Below, piece after piece: positions 28,246 to 38,875 of a stretch of DNA of 52,135 nt. The stretch comes from Gemmatimonadota bacterium (GTDB lineage: Bacteria > Gemmatimonadota > Gemmatimonadetes > Gemmatimonadales > GWC2-71-9). Position 1 is the first letter of the stretch. Each line of letters opens with the position of its first letter. Made by a program: the position numbers and the translations under genes. The notes under the pieces are model-generated. The model searched no databases and had not been told where the DNA came from. It was given only the letters and a program-made list of their open reading frames with translations. The stretch spans positions 1 to 52,135 of the forward strand of contig QHUC01000183.1 in NCBI GenBank assembly GCA_003221045.1, written 5' to 3'.

Positions 28246-29339
28246 CGGCATCCCCGCCCGTCGCGCCGCCCGCCTTCGGGCGGTTTTTTCTGCCCGGACC
28301 CACCGACGTCCACCCCGAAGTGATCGCCGCCATGCAGCGGCCGATGATCGGGCATCGCTCTGGCGCGATGGAGCAGCTCCTCGCGGGACTCGACGCGCCG
28401 CTCGCCCGCCTGTTCCGCACCTCGCACCCCATTCTCGTGGGCACGACGTCGGCGACCGGGTTCATGGAGATGGCGGTGCGAAACGGTGTGCGGCATCGGG
28501 CCCTGTCGCTCGTGAACGGCTCCTTCAGCGAGCGGTTCGCGAGCCTCGTGCGCGCCTGCGGCAAGGAGTGCATCCGGCTCGACGTGCCGCTCGGCTGTGC
28601 CGTCGAGCCCGATATGCTGCGCGACTCCCTGCGGCGCACCCCCGTCGATGCCGTGACAGTGGTGCACTCGGAGACCTCAACGGGGGTGCTCCAGGACGTT
28701 GCGGCCCTCGCCGCCGTCGTCCGCGAGTTCGACGACGTGTTGCTCTTGGTCGATGCCGTCACGTCGCTTTCGGGCTCTCCCGTGGAGACCGATCAGTGGC
28801 AGCTCGACTTCGTGCTCACCGGCTCGCAGAAGGCGCTCGCGCTACCGCCTGGCCTGGCGCTCGCCGCCGCGTCCGACCGCATGCGTGAGCGGGCCAAGAC
28901 GCTCCCGGCGCGCGGGCTCTACTTCGACTTGATCAGCTTCCTCGAGGCCACGAGCAAGCACCAGCCCACTAACACCCCGGCGATTTCCCTCCTCTACGCC
29001 CTGCAGACCCAGCTGGCCCGCATCGAGCGTGAGGGCGGTGTGGAGGCGCGCTGGCGCCGCCACGAAGCGATGCGGCGCCACGTCGAAGAATGGTGCGAGC
29101 GGCGTGGCGTCACGTACTTGCCGCGCGACGGGCGCCGCAGCTGGACGGTATCGTGCCTCAACGTGCCGCAGGGCAGGACCGCCAAGGAGATCGTCGGGGG
29201 CTTGAAGCAGGCCGGCTGGACGATCGGCTCCGGCTACGGGCCGCTCAAGGAGTCTACCATCCGCATCGGCCATATGGGCGATCACACCATCGGCGCGCTC
29301 GAGGAGCTGCTGGCCCTCCTGAGCGGACTGTTGGCGTGA
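28242..29339 (+). CDS. class-V aminotransferase (serine-glyoxylate/phosphoserine aminotransferase type)
   Basis: ATGA overlap with the upstream gene. Motifs: FFLPGPTDVHPEVIAAM, VHSETSTGV, LTGSQKALALPPG (PLP Lys). Translationally coupled to serA. Confidence 0.8.
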   Translation: MTASPPVAPPAFGRFFLPGPTDVHPEVIAAMQRPMIGHRSGAMEQLLAGLDAPLARLFRTSHPILVGTTSATGFMEMAVRNGVRHRALSLVNGSFSERFASLVRACGKECIRLDVPLGCAVEPDMLRDSLRRTPVDAVTVVHSETSTGVLQDVAALAAVVREFDDVLLLVDAVTSLSGSPVETDQWQLDFVLTGSQKALALPPGLALAAASDRMRERAKTLPARGLYFDLISFLEATSKHQPTNTPAISLLYALQTQLARIEREGGVEARWRRHEAMRRHVEEWCERRGVTYLPRDGRRSWTVSCLNVPQGRTAKEIVGGLKQAGWTIGSGYGPLKESTIRIGHMGDHTIGALEELLALLSGLLA

Positions 29340-30931
29340 CCCACCGCGTGGTGGTGGCGGACCGGGTAGCGGAGACGGGCCTGAAGCTGCTCGCGGCCAC
29401 GCCGGACATCGAAGTCGTCAACTGCGCCGGCAAGCCGCGTGAAGAGCTCGAGCGGGCGCTCGCGAGCGCCCAGGCCCTCATCGTGCGGAGCGAGACGCGG
29501 GTGACGGGGGATCTGCTCACCCGCGGCCCCAACCTGCGGGTGATCGCCCGCGCGGGGACGGGCGTCGACAACATCGACGTGCACGCCGCCACGCGGCGGG
29601 GGATCGCGGTGATGAACGCGCCCGGCGCCAACACCGTGAGCGCCGCCGAGCACGCGATGGGCCTGCTGCTCGCGCAGGCCCGGCACATCCCCTGGGCCGC
29701 GGAGGCGATGCGCCGTGGAGAGTGGGACCGGAAGCGGTTCGAGGGCACCGAGCTCCGCGGCAAGACCATCGGGATCGTCGGGCTCGGCCGCATCGGCGGC
29801 CACGTGGCGCAGCTCGCGCGGGCCTTCGGCATGCAGGTCGTGGGGCACGATCCGTATCTCTCGCCCGAGCGCGCCGCCGAGCTGCAGCTCAAGCTCCTGC
29901 CGCTCGAGCAGCTGTTGCGCCAGGCGGACGTGGTCACGCTGCACGTCGCCCACACCGAGCAGACCCATCATCTCATCAACGCGGCACGCTTGAAGCTCAT
30001 GAAGCCGACGGCGGTGCTCGTCAACACGGCGCGGGGCGAGCTCGTGGACGAGGCGGCGCTGGCGGACGCGGTTCGCGAGAAACGCATCGGCGGCGCGGCC
30101 ATCGACGTGTTCGCCGTCGAGCCCTTGCCCGCCGACGCGCCGCTCCGGAAGCTCGAGCGCGTCATCCTTACGCCGCACCTCGCCGCGTCGACCGCCGAAG
30201 CGCAGGAGCGCGTGAGCGTCGAGATCTGCGGCGCGGTGCGCGACGCGCTGCTGGTCGGGGACCTCTCCTTCGCGATCAACGTCCCGGGCATTTCCGGGGA
30301 ACTGTTGCGGCGGCTCGGGCCCATGCTCGATCTCGCCCGCCGGCTCGGCCGCCTCGCCCTGGCGCTCGTGGACGGACCCGTCAGTTCAGTCGAGGTGGAC
30401 TACGGGGGCAAGGACGACGCGGCGCCGCGGCCCGTGCTGATGGCGGCGGTCGAAGGCCTGCTCTCGGCGATGAGCGTCGAGCCAGTGAGTCTGGTCAACG
30501 CTCTGCTCATCGCCGAGGAGCGCGGCATCCGGCACGCGCGCCGTACGGGGACGCCCGAGCCCGGCTTCGAGACCACCGTCGGCGTCACGCTCGAGGCGGC
30601 TCGCGGGCGGGCCCGCGTGGCGGGTGCGGTGCTGGGGAACGGTCACGGACGCGTGATCCGGATCGACGACTACCACGTCGACGTGGCGCCCGAGGGATGG
30701 ATGCTCGTGATCCGCAATCGCGACGTCCCGGGGGTGATCGGCCGCGTGGGCACCCTGCTCGGCGGGGCAGGGATCAACATCGGCAGCTACCACCAGGCCC
30801 GCGTGCCCTTCCCGGGGCATGACGCGCTCGCGGCGATCACGGTGGATCAACCGCTCACCAACGGCGTGCTGGACGAGCTCGCGCGGGTGCCGGATATCCA
30901 GCTCGTCCGGCTGGCAAACTTCGGGGACTAG
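29336..30931 (+). CDS. serA: D-3-phosphoglycerate dehydrogenase (long form with C-terminal ACT domain)
   Basis: GTGA overlap. Motifs: [31 protein letters not shown]. The C-terminal regulatory domains end ...[24 protein letters not shown]. Confidence 0.9.
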   Translation: MTHRVVVADRVAETGLKLLAATPDIEVVNCAGKPREELERALASAQALIVRSETRVTGDLLTRGPNLRVIARAGTGVDNIDVHAATRRGIAVMNAPGANTVSAAEHAMGLLLAQARHIPWAAEAMRRGEWDRKRFEGTELRGKTIGIVGLGRIGGHVAQLARAFGMQVVGHDPYLSPERAAELQLKLLPLEQLLRQADVVTLHVAHTEQTHHLINAARLKLMKPTAVLVNTARGELVDEAALADAVREKRIGGAAIDVFAVEPLPADAPLRKLERVILTPHLAASTAEAQERVSVEICGAVRDALLVGDLSFAINVPGISGELLRRLGPMLDLARRLGRLALALVDGPVSSVEVDYGGKDDAAPRPVLMAAVEGLLSAMSVEPVSLVNALLIAEERGIRHARRTGTPEPGFETTVGVTLEAARGRARVAGAVLGNGHGRVIRIDDYHVDVAPEGWMLVIRNRDVPGVIGRVGTLLGGAGINIGSYHQARVPFPGHDALAAITVDQPLTNGVLDELARVPDIQLVRLANFGD

Positions 30932-33039
30932 TCCGCCGCCTGCTGGTGGGGTGACTCCTCGTCCGCCAGTAAGCGGAACGATTTCACCGCGCCCGTCAGC
31001 TTGTCGGCCGCTTCGGCCAGCTGGTTCGCGGACGAGGCGATCTCTTGAGTCGAGGCGCTCTGCTGTTCGCTCGAGGCGGCGATCTCCTGGGCCGACGCAA
31101 GCAAGGTTTCGGTGCCCTGGGCGAGCGTTCCGAGTCGCGTGCTGATCTCCTCCACTAGGGCGCGCATCTCGCCCGCCATGTTCGCGATCTCCCGGCTCCA
31201 GACGTCGCTCGCCTGCGCCTCGGCGGCGACGGTGCCGAGCCCCTGCGCCGCCGTTTGTGCGGCTTCGCGGGCCACGCCGGCACCCTGCGCGAGGTGCGCC
31301 AGGCGCTCACGCGTCGCCTCCACCCGCGCGAGCACGCCGCGGACGGTGTCGGCGGTGTCGGTGGCGGCGGCCGCCGCGACCGACGCGAGCTTCCGCACCT
31401 CGTCCGCCACCACGGCGAACCCACGGCCCTGCGGTCCGGCACGCGCCGCCTCGATCGCCGCATTCAGGGCGAGCATGTTCGTCTGCGTGGCCACGGCTTT
31501 GGTCTGCGTGACGAACTTCTGGATCTCCGATGATGCGCGGGCCAGCGCCTCGGCCTCGGCGGCCCCGCGCTCCACCTCCTCGGCGAGCTTCGCGAGCTGC
31601 GCCGTACTCTGGTCCAACACCTCCTTGTTGCGGCGGGCGACGTCGGTGACGGCCGTGTTTCGCCGCACGGAGTCCTCGGCCCCCGCTGCGAGGATCGTCG
31701 CGATCTGAAGGATCTTCGCGGCGTCGTCCGCCGCGGCCCGTACGAGCTGCGCCTGCTCCGCGGCCCGCCTGGTCAGATCCTGGCACGTCGTGGACATCTC
31801 TCCCGTGGACGCGCTCATCTGTTCCGTGGAAGCGGAGATTTCCGTCGCCATCGCCGCGGCCTCGTCCGCCGCCGTCCGGATCGCACCCACGAGACGGCGC
31901 AGTGCCACCACCATCGAGTGCACCGAAGAAAGCAGGTCGCCCACCTCGGCGGTCCCGCCGCGCTCGGTCACCACCGTCACCGACAGATCGCCTCCCGCGA
32001 TTCGGCTGGCGATTGCGCCCGCGGCCTTCACCGGCTCGGTCACGCGCAGGTTGAGGCGCCGCCAGAAGAGAAACAGCAGGGCGAGCGTCGCCCCGAACAG
32101 CACGAGGGTCCACAGGACGATGCTCGAGGCCGTGCTGCGGGCGGCGGCGTACGCTACCGCCACCGGCTCACGAAACACGACCCACCACTTGCCGTTGTTC
32201 GTCGGTACCGTTACCACGAGCTCGTCGCCGGTGGCACCACGGACCACGGCCGTCGCGGGCCGGGCCTGGCGCGGAACCGCCGCCGCGTCCGCCAGCGGGT
32301 GCAGCAGACCGGCCTTGTCCGGCGCCACGATCAGGTCGCCAGCCGAGTCCACCACCTGGAGCTGGGCGGCGCCGGCCAGCTCCGATGCCCCCAGGAGCTG
32401 CGACAGCCGGTCCAGCGCGAAGACCGCCTTGAGCACGCCCACCGGGCGCCCGACGCGCGGTGCGCGAATCGCGATGTCGTATTCGAGGGCGACGACCGCG
32501 GCCGACGAGTCGTAGTGCGGTGGACCGTCGTAGGCGCCGTCGGCCATCGCCCGCTGCCACCACGCCTCGTCCGACTGCACGAAGTCGGACGTGCGGTCCG
32601 ACGCAAGCACGTTGTACCCGTGGCTGTCGGTGAAAAACAGCTCGGCGAAGTCGGAGCGCTGGGTGTACTCCCGCAGGTAGGCGGCGAGGTCGGCGTCGCC
32701 ACCCAACTCCCGTCGCTGATTGAACATCCGCTCGAGGGTGGGAATGTCGAGCTGCGGCAGGCGTTGCCGCGCCGCCTGCTGGGACGCGTCCAGCGCCGCC
32801 CGCACCACCGCGGGCGAGCGCGCGAGCGCCTCGGCTTCCTGGTGGCGCTCGCGGAGGTACAGGTCGACGAGGGACGCCACGTGCGCCGCGACGTCCTGGC
32901 CGCGCTCGTTCGCCTGTCGCTCCACCACGCGGGTGGCGCTGTTGGTCGAGAGCAGGGCGAACGCCGTCACCAAGGCGAGCGCCACGAGTGCTCCCGTACG
33001 CAGGAAGCTCTGGCGGAACCGCTGCGGCTGGCTGGACAT
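30928..33039 (-). CDS. methyl-accepting chemotaxis protein with large periplasmic sensor region and HAMP
   Basis: TM1 [14 protein letters not shown], ~270-aa periplasmic part, TM2 [24 protein letters not shown] domain, and signalling hairpin [32 protein letters not shown]. Confidence 0.9.
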   Translation of the reverse strand: MSSQPQRFRQSFLRTGALVALALVTAFALLSTNSATRVVERQANERGQDVAAHVASLVDLYLRERHQEAEALARSPAVVRAALDASQQAARQRLPQLDIPTLERMFNQRRELGGDADLAAYLREYTQRSDFAELFFTDSHGYNVLASDRTSDFVQSDEAWWQRAMADGAYDGPPHYDSSAAVVALEYDIAIRAPRVGRPVGVLKAVFALDRLSQLLGASELAGAAQLQVVDSAGDLIVAPDKAGLLHPLADAAAVPRQARPATAVVRGATGDELVVTVPTNNGKWWVVFREPVAVAYAAARSTASSIVLWTLVLFGATLALLFLFWRRLNLRVTEPVKAAGAIASRIAGGDLSVTVVTERGGTAEVGDLLSSVHSMVVALRRLVGAIRTAADEAAAMATEISASTEQMSASTGEMSTTCQDLTRRAAEQAQLVRAAADDAAKILQIATILAAGAEDSVRRNTAVTDVARRNKEVLDQSTAQLAKLAEEVERGAAEAEALARASSEIQKFVTQTKAVATQTNMLALNAAIEAARAGPQGRGFAVVADEVRKLASVAAAAATDTADTVRGVLARVEATRERLAHLAQGAGVAREAAQTAAQGLGTVAAEAQASDVWSREIANMAGEMRALVEEISTRLGTLAQGTETLLASAQEIAASSEQQSASTQEIASSANQLAEAADKLTGAVKSFRLLADEESPHQQAAD

Positions 33040-33107
33040 GTGGAGGGTCGGGAGCGAAGCTACGCAGGGTTACCCGGCGAGGCAAGCCTGTTTAATTTCA
33101 TATACTT

Positions 33108-35525
33108 ATGACCCAGGTGCCGAACTACGATCCGGCGGCCGTCGAGGCCAAGTGGCAAGAGCGGTGGGCGCGCGAGCACGGCAACGAGCCCGACCTCGAC
33201 CGGCCCGATCGACCGTTCTACAACCTCATGATGTTCCCTTACCCGTCGGCCGAAGGGCTGCACGTGGGCAACATGTTCGCGTTCACCGGCGCCGACATCT
33301 ACGGCCGATTCAAGCGACTCAGCGGGCACGACGTGTTCGAGCCGATCGGTTTCGACGCGTTCGGCATCCATTCGGAAAACTACGCGCTGTCGGTCGGCAC
33401 GCATCCGGGCAAGCTCATCCCCCAGAATATCGAGACGTTCCGTCGGCAGCTGCGGCGGTTCGGCGGGATGTTCGACTGGCGGCACGAGCTCTCGACGACC
33501 GATCCGCGCTACTACAAGTGGACGCAATGGATTTTCTTGCAGCTCTTCAAGGCGGGGCTCGCGTTCCGCAAGAAGGCGGCCGTCAACTGGTGCCCCAAGG
33601 ACATGAGCGTCGTGGCCAACGAGCAGGTGATCAACGGCTATTGCGAGCGCCATCCCGACACGAAGGTCGAGCTGCGGTACCTGGAGCAGTGGTTCTTCGC
33701 GATCAGCAAATACGCCGAGCGGCTGCTCAAGAACCTCGACTGGCTCGATTGGTCGGACTCGACCCGCGCCCTGCAGCGAAACTGGATCGGCCGTAGCGAG
33801 GGGGCGGAGCTCGTGTTCGAGACACCGGCGGGCCTGAAGATCACGGTCTTTACCACGCGTCCCGATACGGTCTTCGGCGCCACATACATGGTGCTCGCTC
33901 CAGAGCACGCGCTCGTGGACCCGCTCACCGCGGAAGAGCAGCGTCGCGCGGTGAGCGCGTACCGTCGCGACGCGCAACGCATGGACGTCGTCTCGCGGCG
34001 GGTGGCGGGCGAAAAGTCGAAGACCGGGGTCTTTCTCGGCTCGTATGCACGCAATCCCGCGACGGGTGAAGCGATCCCGATCTGGATCGCGGATTACGTC
34101 CTGATGGAATACGGCACCGGGGCCATCATGGCGGTGCCGGCACATGACAAACGGGACTTCGAGTTTGCCACCCAGTTCGGCCTCCCGATCCGCGAGGTCG
34201 TGCGCACCGGCGAGCCGCTGCCGAGCGTTTCCGAAGACGGCGCACTGGTCAACTCGGGTCCGTTCGACGGCATGCCGAGCCGCGAGGCAGGACCGCGGAT
34301 CGTCGCGTCACTCAAGGCCAAGGGCCTCGCCACGCCACAGGTGCAATACCGGCTACACGACTGGTGCATCTCGCGTCAGCGTTTTTGGGGCCCACCGATT
34401 CCGATCATCCACTGCGACCACTGTGGGCCGGTCGGCGTCCCGGAAAAGGACTTGCCGGTCGAGCTTCCGTTCATCGAGGACTTCCGCCCCGATGCGAGCG
34501 GCGTGTCGCCGCTTGCGCGGCACAAGGAGTGGTACTTCGTGAAGTGCCCGCGGTGCGGGGAACAGGGGCGGCGCGAGACCGACGTCTCGGACACGTTCCT
34601 CGACTCGGCGTGGTATTACCTGCGTTATCCCTCCACTGAGTTCGACGACCGGCCGTGGGACCCGACGCGCACCAAAACGTGGCTTCCGGTGACGAGCTAC
34701 ATCGGCGGGAACGAGCACGCCGTATTGCACCTCCTGTACTCCCGCTTCATCACCATGGTGCTCCAGGAGCTCGGGCACGTCGCCTTCGAGGAGCCGTTCC
34801 CCAAGTTTCGGGCGCACGGGCTCATCATCAAGGACGGCGCGAAGATGTCCAAGTCGCGCGGCAACGTCGTGATCCCGGATGCCTACATCCAGAAGTGGGG
34901 TGCGGACACGTTCCGCATGTATCTCATGTTCCTCGGGCCGTTCCACGAGGGCGGTGATTTCCGCGATGAAGGCATCACCGGCATCCGGCGGTTTCTCGAC
35001 AAGGTATGGACGCTGGCGCATGAGGCCGCGGCACTGACCGCGGGCGCCAGGTCCGGGTTACCGGCAGGGGTCGAGCGTAAGCTCCATCAGACGATCAAGA
35101 AGGTGACGGCGGACACCGAGAGCCTCGACTACAACACCGCGATCGCCGCGATGATGGAGTACTTGAACCTCGTGAGAGACGAGGGCGTGTCGAGTCGTCA
35201 GGCGATCGAGCCGCTGCTCCTCATGCTCGCGCCGTACGCGCCGCACCTCGCCGAGGAGCTCTGGTCGGTGCTCGGCCATGGGCAGTCCATCTTCTGCGAG
35301 CGCTGGCCGGCGTTCGACGAGCGGCTGGCCGTCGCGGGCGAGGTCGAAGTGGTGGTACAGGTGAACGGAAAGGTGCGGGGGCGCGTGAGCGTGAACCGCG
35401 GCGCGAGCGAGGCGGAGGTGCTCGCGCGCGCCATGCAGGACGAGTCGGTGAAGAAATTCGTGAACGGGAACCCCGTCCGGAAGACGATCTACGTCCCGGA
35501 CCGGGTGCTGAACCTCGTGGTCTAG
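33108..35525 (+). CDS. leuS: leucyl-tRNA synthetase
   Basis: Motifs: MFPYPSAEGLHVGN (HIGH-type), editing domain, KMSKSRGN (KMSKS). Confidence 0.96.
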   Translation: MTQVPNYDPAAVEAKWQERWAREHGNEPDLDRPDRPFYNLMMFPYPSAEGLHVGNMFAFTGADIYGRFKRLSGHDVFEPIGFDAFGIHSENYALSVGTHPGKLIPQNIETFRRQLRRFGGMFDWRHELSTTDPRYYKWTQWIFLQLFKAGLAFRKKAAVNWCPKDMSVVANEQVINGYCERHPDTKVELRYLEQWFFAISKYAERLLKNLDWLDWSDSTRALQRNWIGRSEGAELVFETPAGLKITVFTTRPDTVFGATYMVLAPEHALVDPLTAEEQRRAVSAYRRDAQRMDVVSRRVAGEKSKTGVFLGSYARNPATGEAIPIWIADYVLMEYGTGAIMAVPAHDKRDFEFATQFGLPIREVVRTGEPLPSVSEDGALVNSGPFDGMPSREAGPRIVASLKAKGLATPQVQYRLHDWCISRQRFWGPPIPIIHCDHCGPVGVPEKDLPVELPFIEDFRPDASGVSPLARHKEWYFVKCPRCGEQGRRETDVSDTFLDSAWYYLRYPSTEFDDRPWDPTRTKTWLPVTSYIGGNEHAVLHLLYSRFITMVLQELGHVAFEEPFPKFRAHGLIIKDGAKMSKSRGNVVIPDAYIQKWGADTFRMYLMFLGPFHEGGDFRDEGITGIRRFLDKVWTLAHEAAALTAGARSGLPAGVERKLHQTIKKVTADTESLDYNTAIAAMMEYLNLVRDEGVSSRQAIEPLLLMLAPYAPHLAEELWSVLGHGQSIFCERWPAFDERLAVAGEVEVVVQVNGKVRGRVSVNRGASEAEVLARAMQDESVKKFVNGNPVRKTIYVPDRVLNLVV

Positions 35526-36640
35526 GGAATCTTCGCGATCAGGTCGCCCACGACGTACCCGACGCCCGCCACTCCCAACCCCACCACGAACATGTCGATG
35601 CCGCTGCGGATCACGCCGCGGCCCGTGAAGAAGCTGCGTGCCGCACCCACCGCGAAGTGCGAGAGCATGGCGATCGTGAACGCCGTCCACACGGCGGTCC
35701 GCCCGGGGAGGGCGAGGAACGGGAACACCGGGATGAAGGCCCCCACAGCCGTCGCGGCGCCCGTGACCCAGCCTTCCCGGAACGGTGTGGCGTGCGCGAT
35801 GCCGATCTTCAGCTCCTCTCGCACCTGCTCGTCCAGGGCGCGCTGCGAGTCGCGCATCACCTCGGCGGCCATCTTCCGGGCGATGCCCGTTTCGATCCCT
35901 TTCGTCTGATAGACGAGCGCCAGCTCCTCCTCCTCAACCTCCGGCATTATGCGGATCTCTTCCTTCTCCATCGCGATTTCGTGCTCGTACACCTCTTGCT
36001 CGCTTTTCGCGGCCAGGTAACCCGACGCGCCCATCGACAACGCGTCGGCAATCATGCCTGCAAGCCCCGACAGCAGCACGATGTGCGGCGCGACGCTGGC
36101 GCCGATCACGCCCGCGACGAGCCCAAAGTTCGCGGTGAGCCCGTCGTTGAACCCGTAGACGACGTTGCGAAGAAAACCGCCCGAGCCGGTCTTGTGCCAC
36201 GGCTCCGATGCCCGGCCCGCGAGCTCCGCCAGGGTCTCGGCATGCGCCGCGGATTCCTTCGCGAGTTTGAGTGAAACATCCCGGGCATCCTCGAACGTGG
36301 CTTCCTTGTGAAGGTCCATGTACCCCTTCACTTCCTGCCCCTCTTCCCGCAGCAGGAGCGGCAACAGGTACCCGGGCCCGAAGCGCCGCCCGAACCACGC
36401 CCGGAGCCGGGCGTTCAGCGACGGCCGCGGCCGCTCGACCGGGTGCCCGTGCTCGGTGAGCAGCTTCTCCCACAACTGGACGTGACGCTCCTCGACGCCG
36501 GCGAGCTTGATGTAGATGTCCTTCCGCTTCTGGTCCCGCTCCTGACCCGCGAGGACGAGATAGAGGTAGGCGGCGTCGAACTCGTCTTGGAGGTGGTGCA
36601 GCCAGGTGTGCAGCGTGGCAGAATCGAGGGTGGCGGCCAT
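35522..36640 (-). CDS. VIT1/CCC1-family iron/manganese transporter with N-terminal ferritin-like domain
   Basis: In-frame ATG at 36640. N-terminal ferritin-like part EFDAAYLYLVLAG...EERHVQLWEKLL. VIT signature NVVYGFNDGLTANFGLVAGV. 5 C-terminal TM helices. Confidence 0.8.
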   Translation of the reverse strand: MAATLDSATLHTWLHHLQDEFDAAYLYLVLAGQERDQKRKDIYIKLAGVEERHVQLWEKLLTEHGHPVERPRPSLNARLRAWFGRRFGPGYLLPLLLREEGQEVKGYMDLHKEATFEDARDVSLKLAKESAAHAETLAELAGRASEPWHKTGSGGFLRNVVYGFNDGLTANFGLVAGVIGASVAPHIVLLSGLAGMIADALSMGASGYLAAKSEQEVYEHEIAMEKEEIRIMPEVEEEELALVYQTKGIETGIARKMAAEVMRDSQRALDEQVREELKIGIAHATPFREGWVTGAATAVGAFIPVFPFLALPGRTAVWTAFTIAMLSHFAVGAARSFFTGRGVIRSGIDMFVVGLGVAGVGYVVGDLIAKIP

Positions 36641-36752
36641 GCCGGAAAATAGTCGCAACTTCCAGAATCGCAATCGGTTAGGCGCTGCACGTCGTCGCTT
36701 GACGTCGTTTCGCGACGCATTTCGTAGTTCACGCATCTTTGTATGTCAGGAG

Positions 36753-37301
36753 ATGACCATCTCACTCGCCGTTCCCGACATTCTCGTTGCGCGGGCGAAA
36801 TCGGGCGACCTGGAAGCGCTGGAAGCGCTGTACCGGGCGTTCGAGACGCCCGTGTACAACCTGGCGCTCCGCATGCTGCGCCGCTCCGAAGACGCGGAGG
36901 ACGTGCTGCAGGAGACGTTCCTCGAGGTGGTGCGGAGCATCAGGCAGTATCGTGGCGAGGGACACCTGTGGGGGTGGGTACGGCAGATCACCGTCTCGAA
37001 GACGTTGATGCGCATCCGGCGGGGTCAGCTCCGTGACACGGAGGAGCTGCACGAGGAGTACACGCAAGGGGGATCGGGACTCGGGGTGGGAGGCGTGCCC
37101 GCCCGCATCGATCTCGAGCGCGCGTTCGAGCGACTGACGCCAACGTCGCGTGCCGTGGTCTGGTTGCATGACGTCGAGGGTTACACGCACGAGGAGATCG
37201 CTGAGCGGATGGAGCGGACGGTGAGCTTTTCGAAGTCGCAGCTGGCGCGGGCGCATGCCCGCCTCCGCCGGCTGCTCGCGGAGGAGGGAGCGGCACAATG
37301 A
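36753..37301 (+). CDS. ECF (group IV) sigma-70 factor
   Basis: The ATG at 36753 follows AGGAG. Region 2: PVYNLALRMLRRSEDAEDVLQETFLEV. Region 4: VWLHDVEGYTHEEIAERMERTVSFSKSQLARA. Confidence 0.9.
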   Translation: MTISLAVPDILVARAKSGDLEALEALYRAFETPVYNLALRMLRRSEDAEDVLQETFLEVVRSIRQYRGEGHLWGWVRQITVSKTLMRIRRGQLRDTEELHEEYTQGGSGLGVGGVPARIDLERAFERLTPTSRAVVWLHDVEGYTHEEIAERMERTVSFSKSQLARAHARLRRLLAEEGAAQ

Positions 37302-37882
37302 TGCACTGTACGATGGACGATTTGCTGGCGTTACGGGCGGGGGAGGCGTCCGCATGGGCGCGGCAGCACGCGGACGCGTGCGCGTCGTGTCGCGCGGAGC
37401 TCGAGGCGCTGTATCAACGCGTGGCGCAGCTCAAGGCGCTGCCCGTGCACCGGCCGGCGCGGGACCGTTGGCCCACCGTGCGCGACGTCGTGCTGGCCGA
37501 GCGGCGGCGCCGGCGCGAGCGCTGGGGCGTGCGGAGCGTGGCCGCAGCGGCTGCCGTCGCGGCGCTGATCGTGTTCCGTCCGTTCTGGACGGGACAGGTG
37601 GCGGGGGCCGAGCTGGCTCGCATCAAGCAGCAGTCGGCCACGCTCGAGCAGCAGCTCCAGCGCTACGAGCCGGACGGGCGCGTGACGAGCGGTCGTGAGG
37701 CCGCCGTGGCGTCCGCCCTGGAGGATCGCATTGCCGTCATCGACGGCGAGCTGACCCGGATAGGTCGCCCCGATGTGGGGGTTGATCCCGCCGAGCTCGT
37801 CAAACTGTGGCAGCAGCGGGTGGACCTCATGCAACAGCTGGTGAGCGTTCGGCTGACCCGCGCTGCCTACGTGGGGCTCTAG
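37298..37882 (+). CDS. anti-sigma factor (zf-HC2-like, single TM)
   Basis: ATGA overlap with the sigma gene. Motif HADACASC. TM segment VRSVAAAAAVAALIVF. Confidence 0.75.
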   Translation: MMHCTMDDLLALRAGEASAWARQHADACASCRAELEALYQRVAQLKALPVHRPARDRWPTVRDVVLAERRRRRERWGVRSVAAAAAVAALIVFRPFWTGQVAGAELARIKQQSATLEQQLQRYEPDGRVTSGREAAVASALEDRIAVIDGELTRIGRPDVGVDPAELVKLWQQRVDLMQQLVSVRLTRAAYVGL

Positions 37883-37903
37883 AGCCCCGGAGGGATATCG
37901 GAG

Positions 37904-38809
37904 ATGCAGCGGAAGTGGATGTTTCTAACGGCAACGGTGTTGCTCGCGTGGCCGATGGCCGTCGTGGCGCAAGAACCGGAGCCACCCCGGCCGCCGCGCG
38001 CGCCTCGGACAATGGTCTTCAGCACGAGCGACAACCGCGGCCGCATCGGTGTAATCGTGCGGACGGATGCCAGCCCGGAAACCGACAAAATCGGGGCGAA
38101 GATCGAAGCCGTGAGCCCTGGCGGCCCGGCCGATAAGGCGGGCCTCAAGGTCGGGGACATCATCACGAAGTTCAACGGCACGTCGCTCGCGGGCGTGCCC
38201 GCCGACGACGACGAGGAGTCGGGACCGGGGAAGAAGCTCATCGAGCTCGCCCATCGCCTGGATCCGGGTGACACCGTGCAGATCGAATACCGGCGCGGTA
38301 CCGATGCGAAAAAGGTGACGCTCGTGGCGGAGAAGATCGGCTCTACCCGTTTGATGATGGATATGCCGGAACCAGGAATGATGGTCATGCCACGGATTCA
38401 TGACATGCCCGACATGAACTTCGATTTCTTCGTATCCCCGTGGGGTGATCTGAAGCTGGTGAGCCTTAATCCCGATTTGGGCGAATACTTCGGGACCAAG
38501 GAGGGGATCCTGGTGGTTAAGGCGCCGCTGGACTCGAGCCTCCCCTTGAAGAGCGGCGACGTGATCATGTCCATCGGCGGGCGGAAGCCTTCGAGCCCGG
38601 AGCACGCCATGCGGATCCTCCGGTCGTACGACAAGGGCGAGACGGTATCGATCGAGATCCTGCGCAAGCAGAAGCGCCTGACCGTCGCCTGGAAGGTTCC
38701 GTCGCGTGACGACCGGTCGTTTCGCGTACGCGAGGAGCGGCACGAGCGCGACGAGCAAAGTGCGTGGCGGCGGGTGGCGCGACACCGGATCCGTCTGCAG
38801 CGTGTGTGA
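37904..38809 (+). CDS. periplasmic protein with two PDZ domains
   Basis: Signal peptide MQRKWMFLTATVLLAWPMAVVAQ. PDZ motifs GAKIEAVSPGGPADKAGLKVGDIITKFNG and GILVVKAPLDSSLPLKSGDVIMSIGG. No protease domain. Confidence 0.8.
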   Translation: MQRKWMFLTATVLLAWPMAVVAQEPEPPRPPRAPRTMVFSTSDNRGRIGVIVRTDASPETDKIGAKIEAVSPGGPADKAGLKVGDIITKFNGTSLAGVPADDDEESGPGKKLIELAHRLDPGDTVQIEYRRGTDAKKVTLVAEKIGSTRLMMDMPEPGMMVMPRIHDMPDMNFDFFVSPWGDLKLVSLNPDLGEYFGTKEGILVVKAPLDSSLPLKSGDVIMSIGGRKPSSPEHAMRILRSYDKGETVSIEILRKQKRLTVAWKVPSRDDRSFRVREERHERDEQSAWRRVARHRIRLQRV

Positions 38810-38833
38810 GCTCGTGCGGTAGCCGAACTGACG

Positions 38834-38867
38834 ACGGGGCCGCCATCGGTGGCCCCGTTTTCTTCTT
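38834..38867 (+). terminator. rho-independent terminator of the sigma/anti-sigma/PDZ operon
   Basis: ACGGGGCC-gccatcggt-GGCCCCGT followed by TTTTCTTCTT. Confidence 0.7.
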
Positions 38868-38875
38868 GGCGCGTG

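Noticed and set aside
36641-36752. Search for an ECF-type autoregulated promoter (AAC-N16/17-CGT/TCTAA) upstream of the sigma gene. Candidates were GCAACTT-N16-TTAGG at about 36654-36681 and TTGACG at about 36699-36704.
   Set aside because: Neither candidate matches a known ECF consensus well enough, and the spacing to the gene is unconstrained. Not reportable without TSS data.
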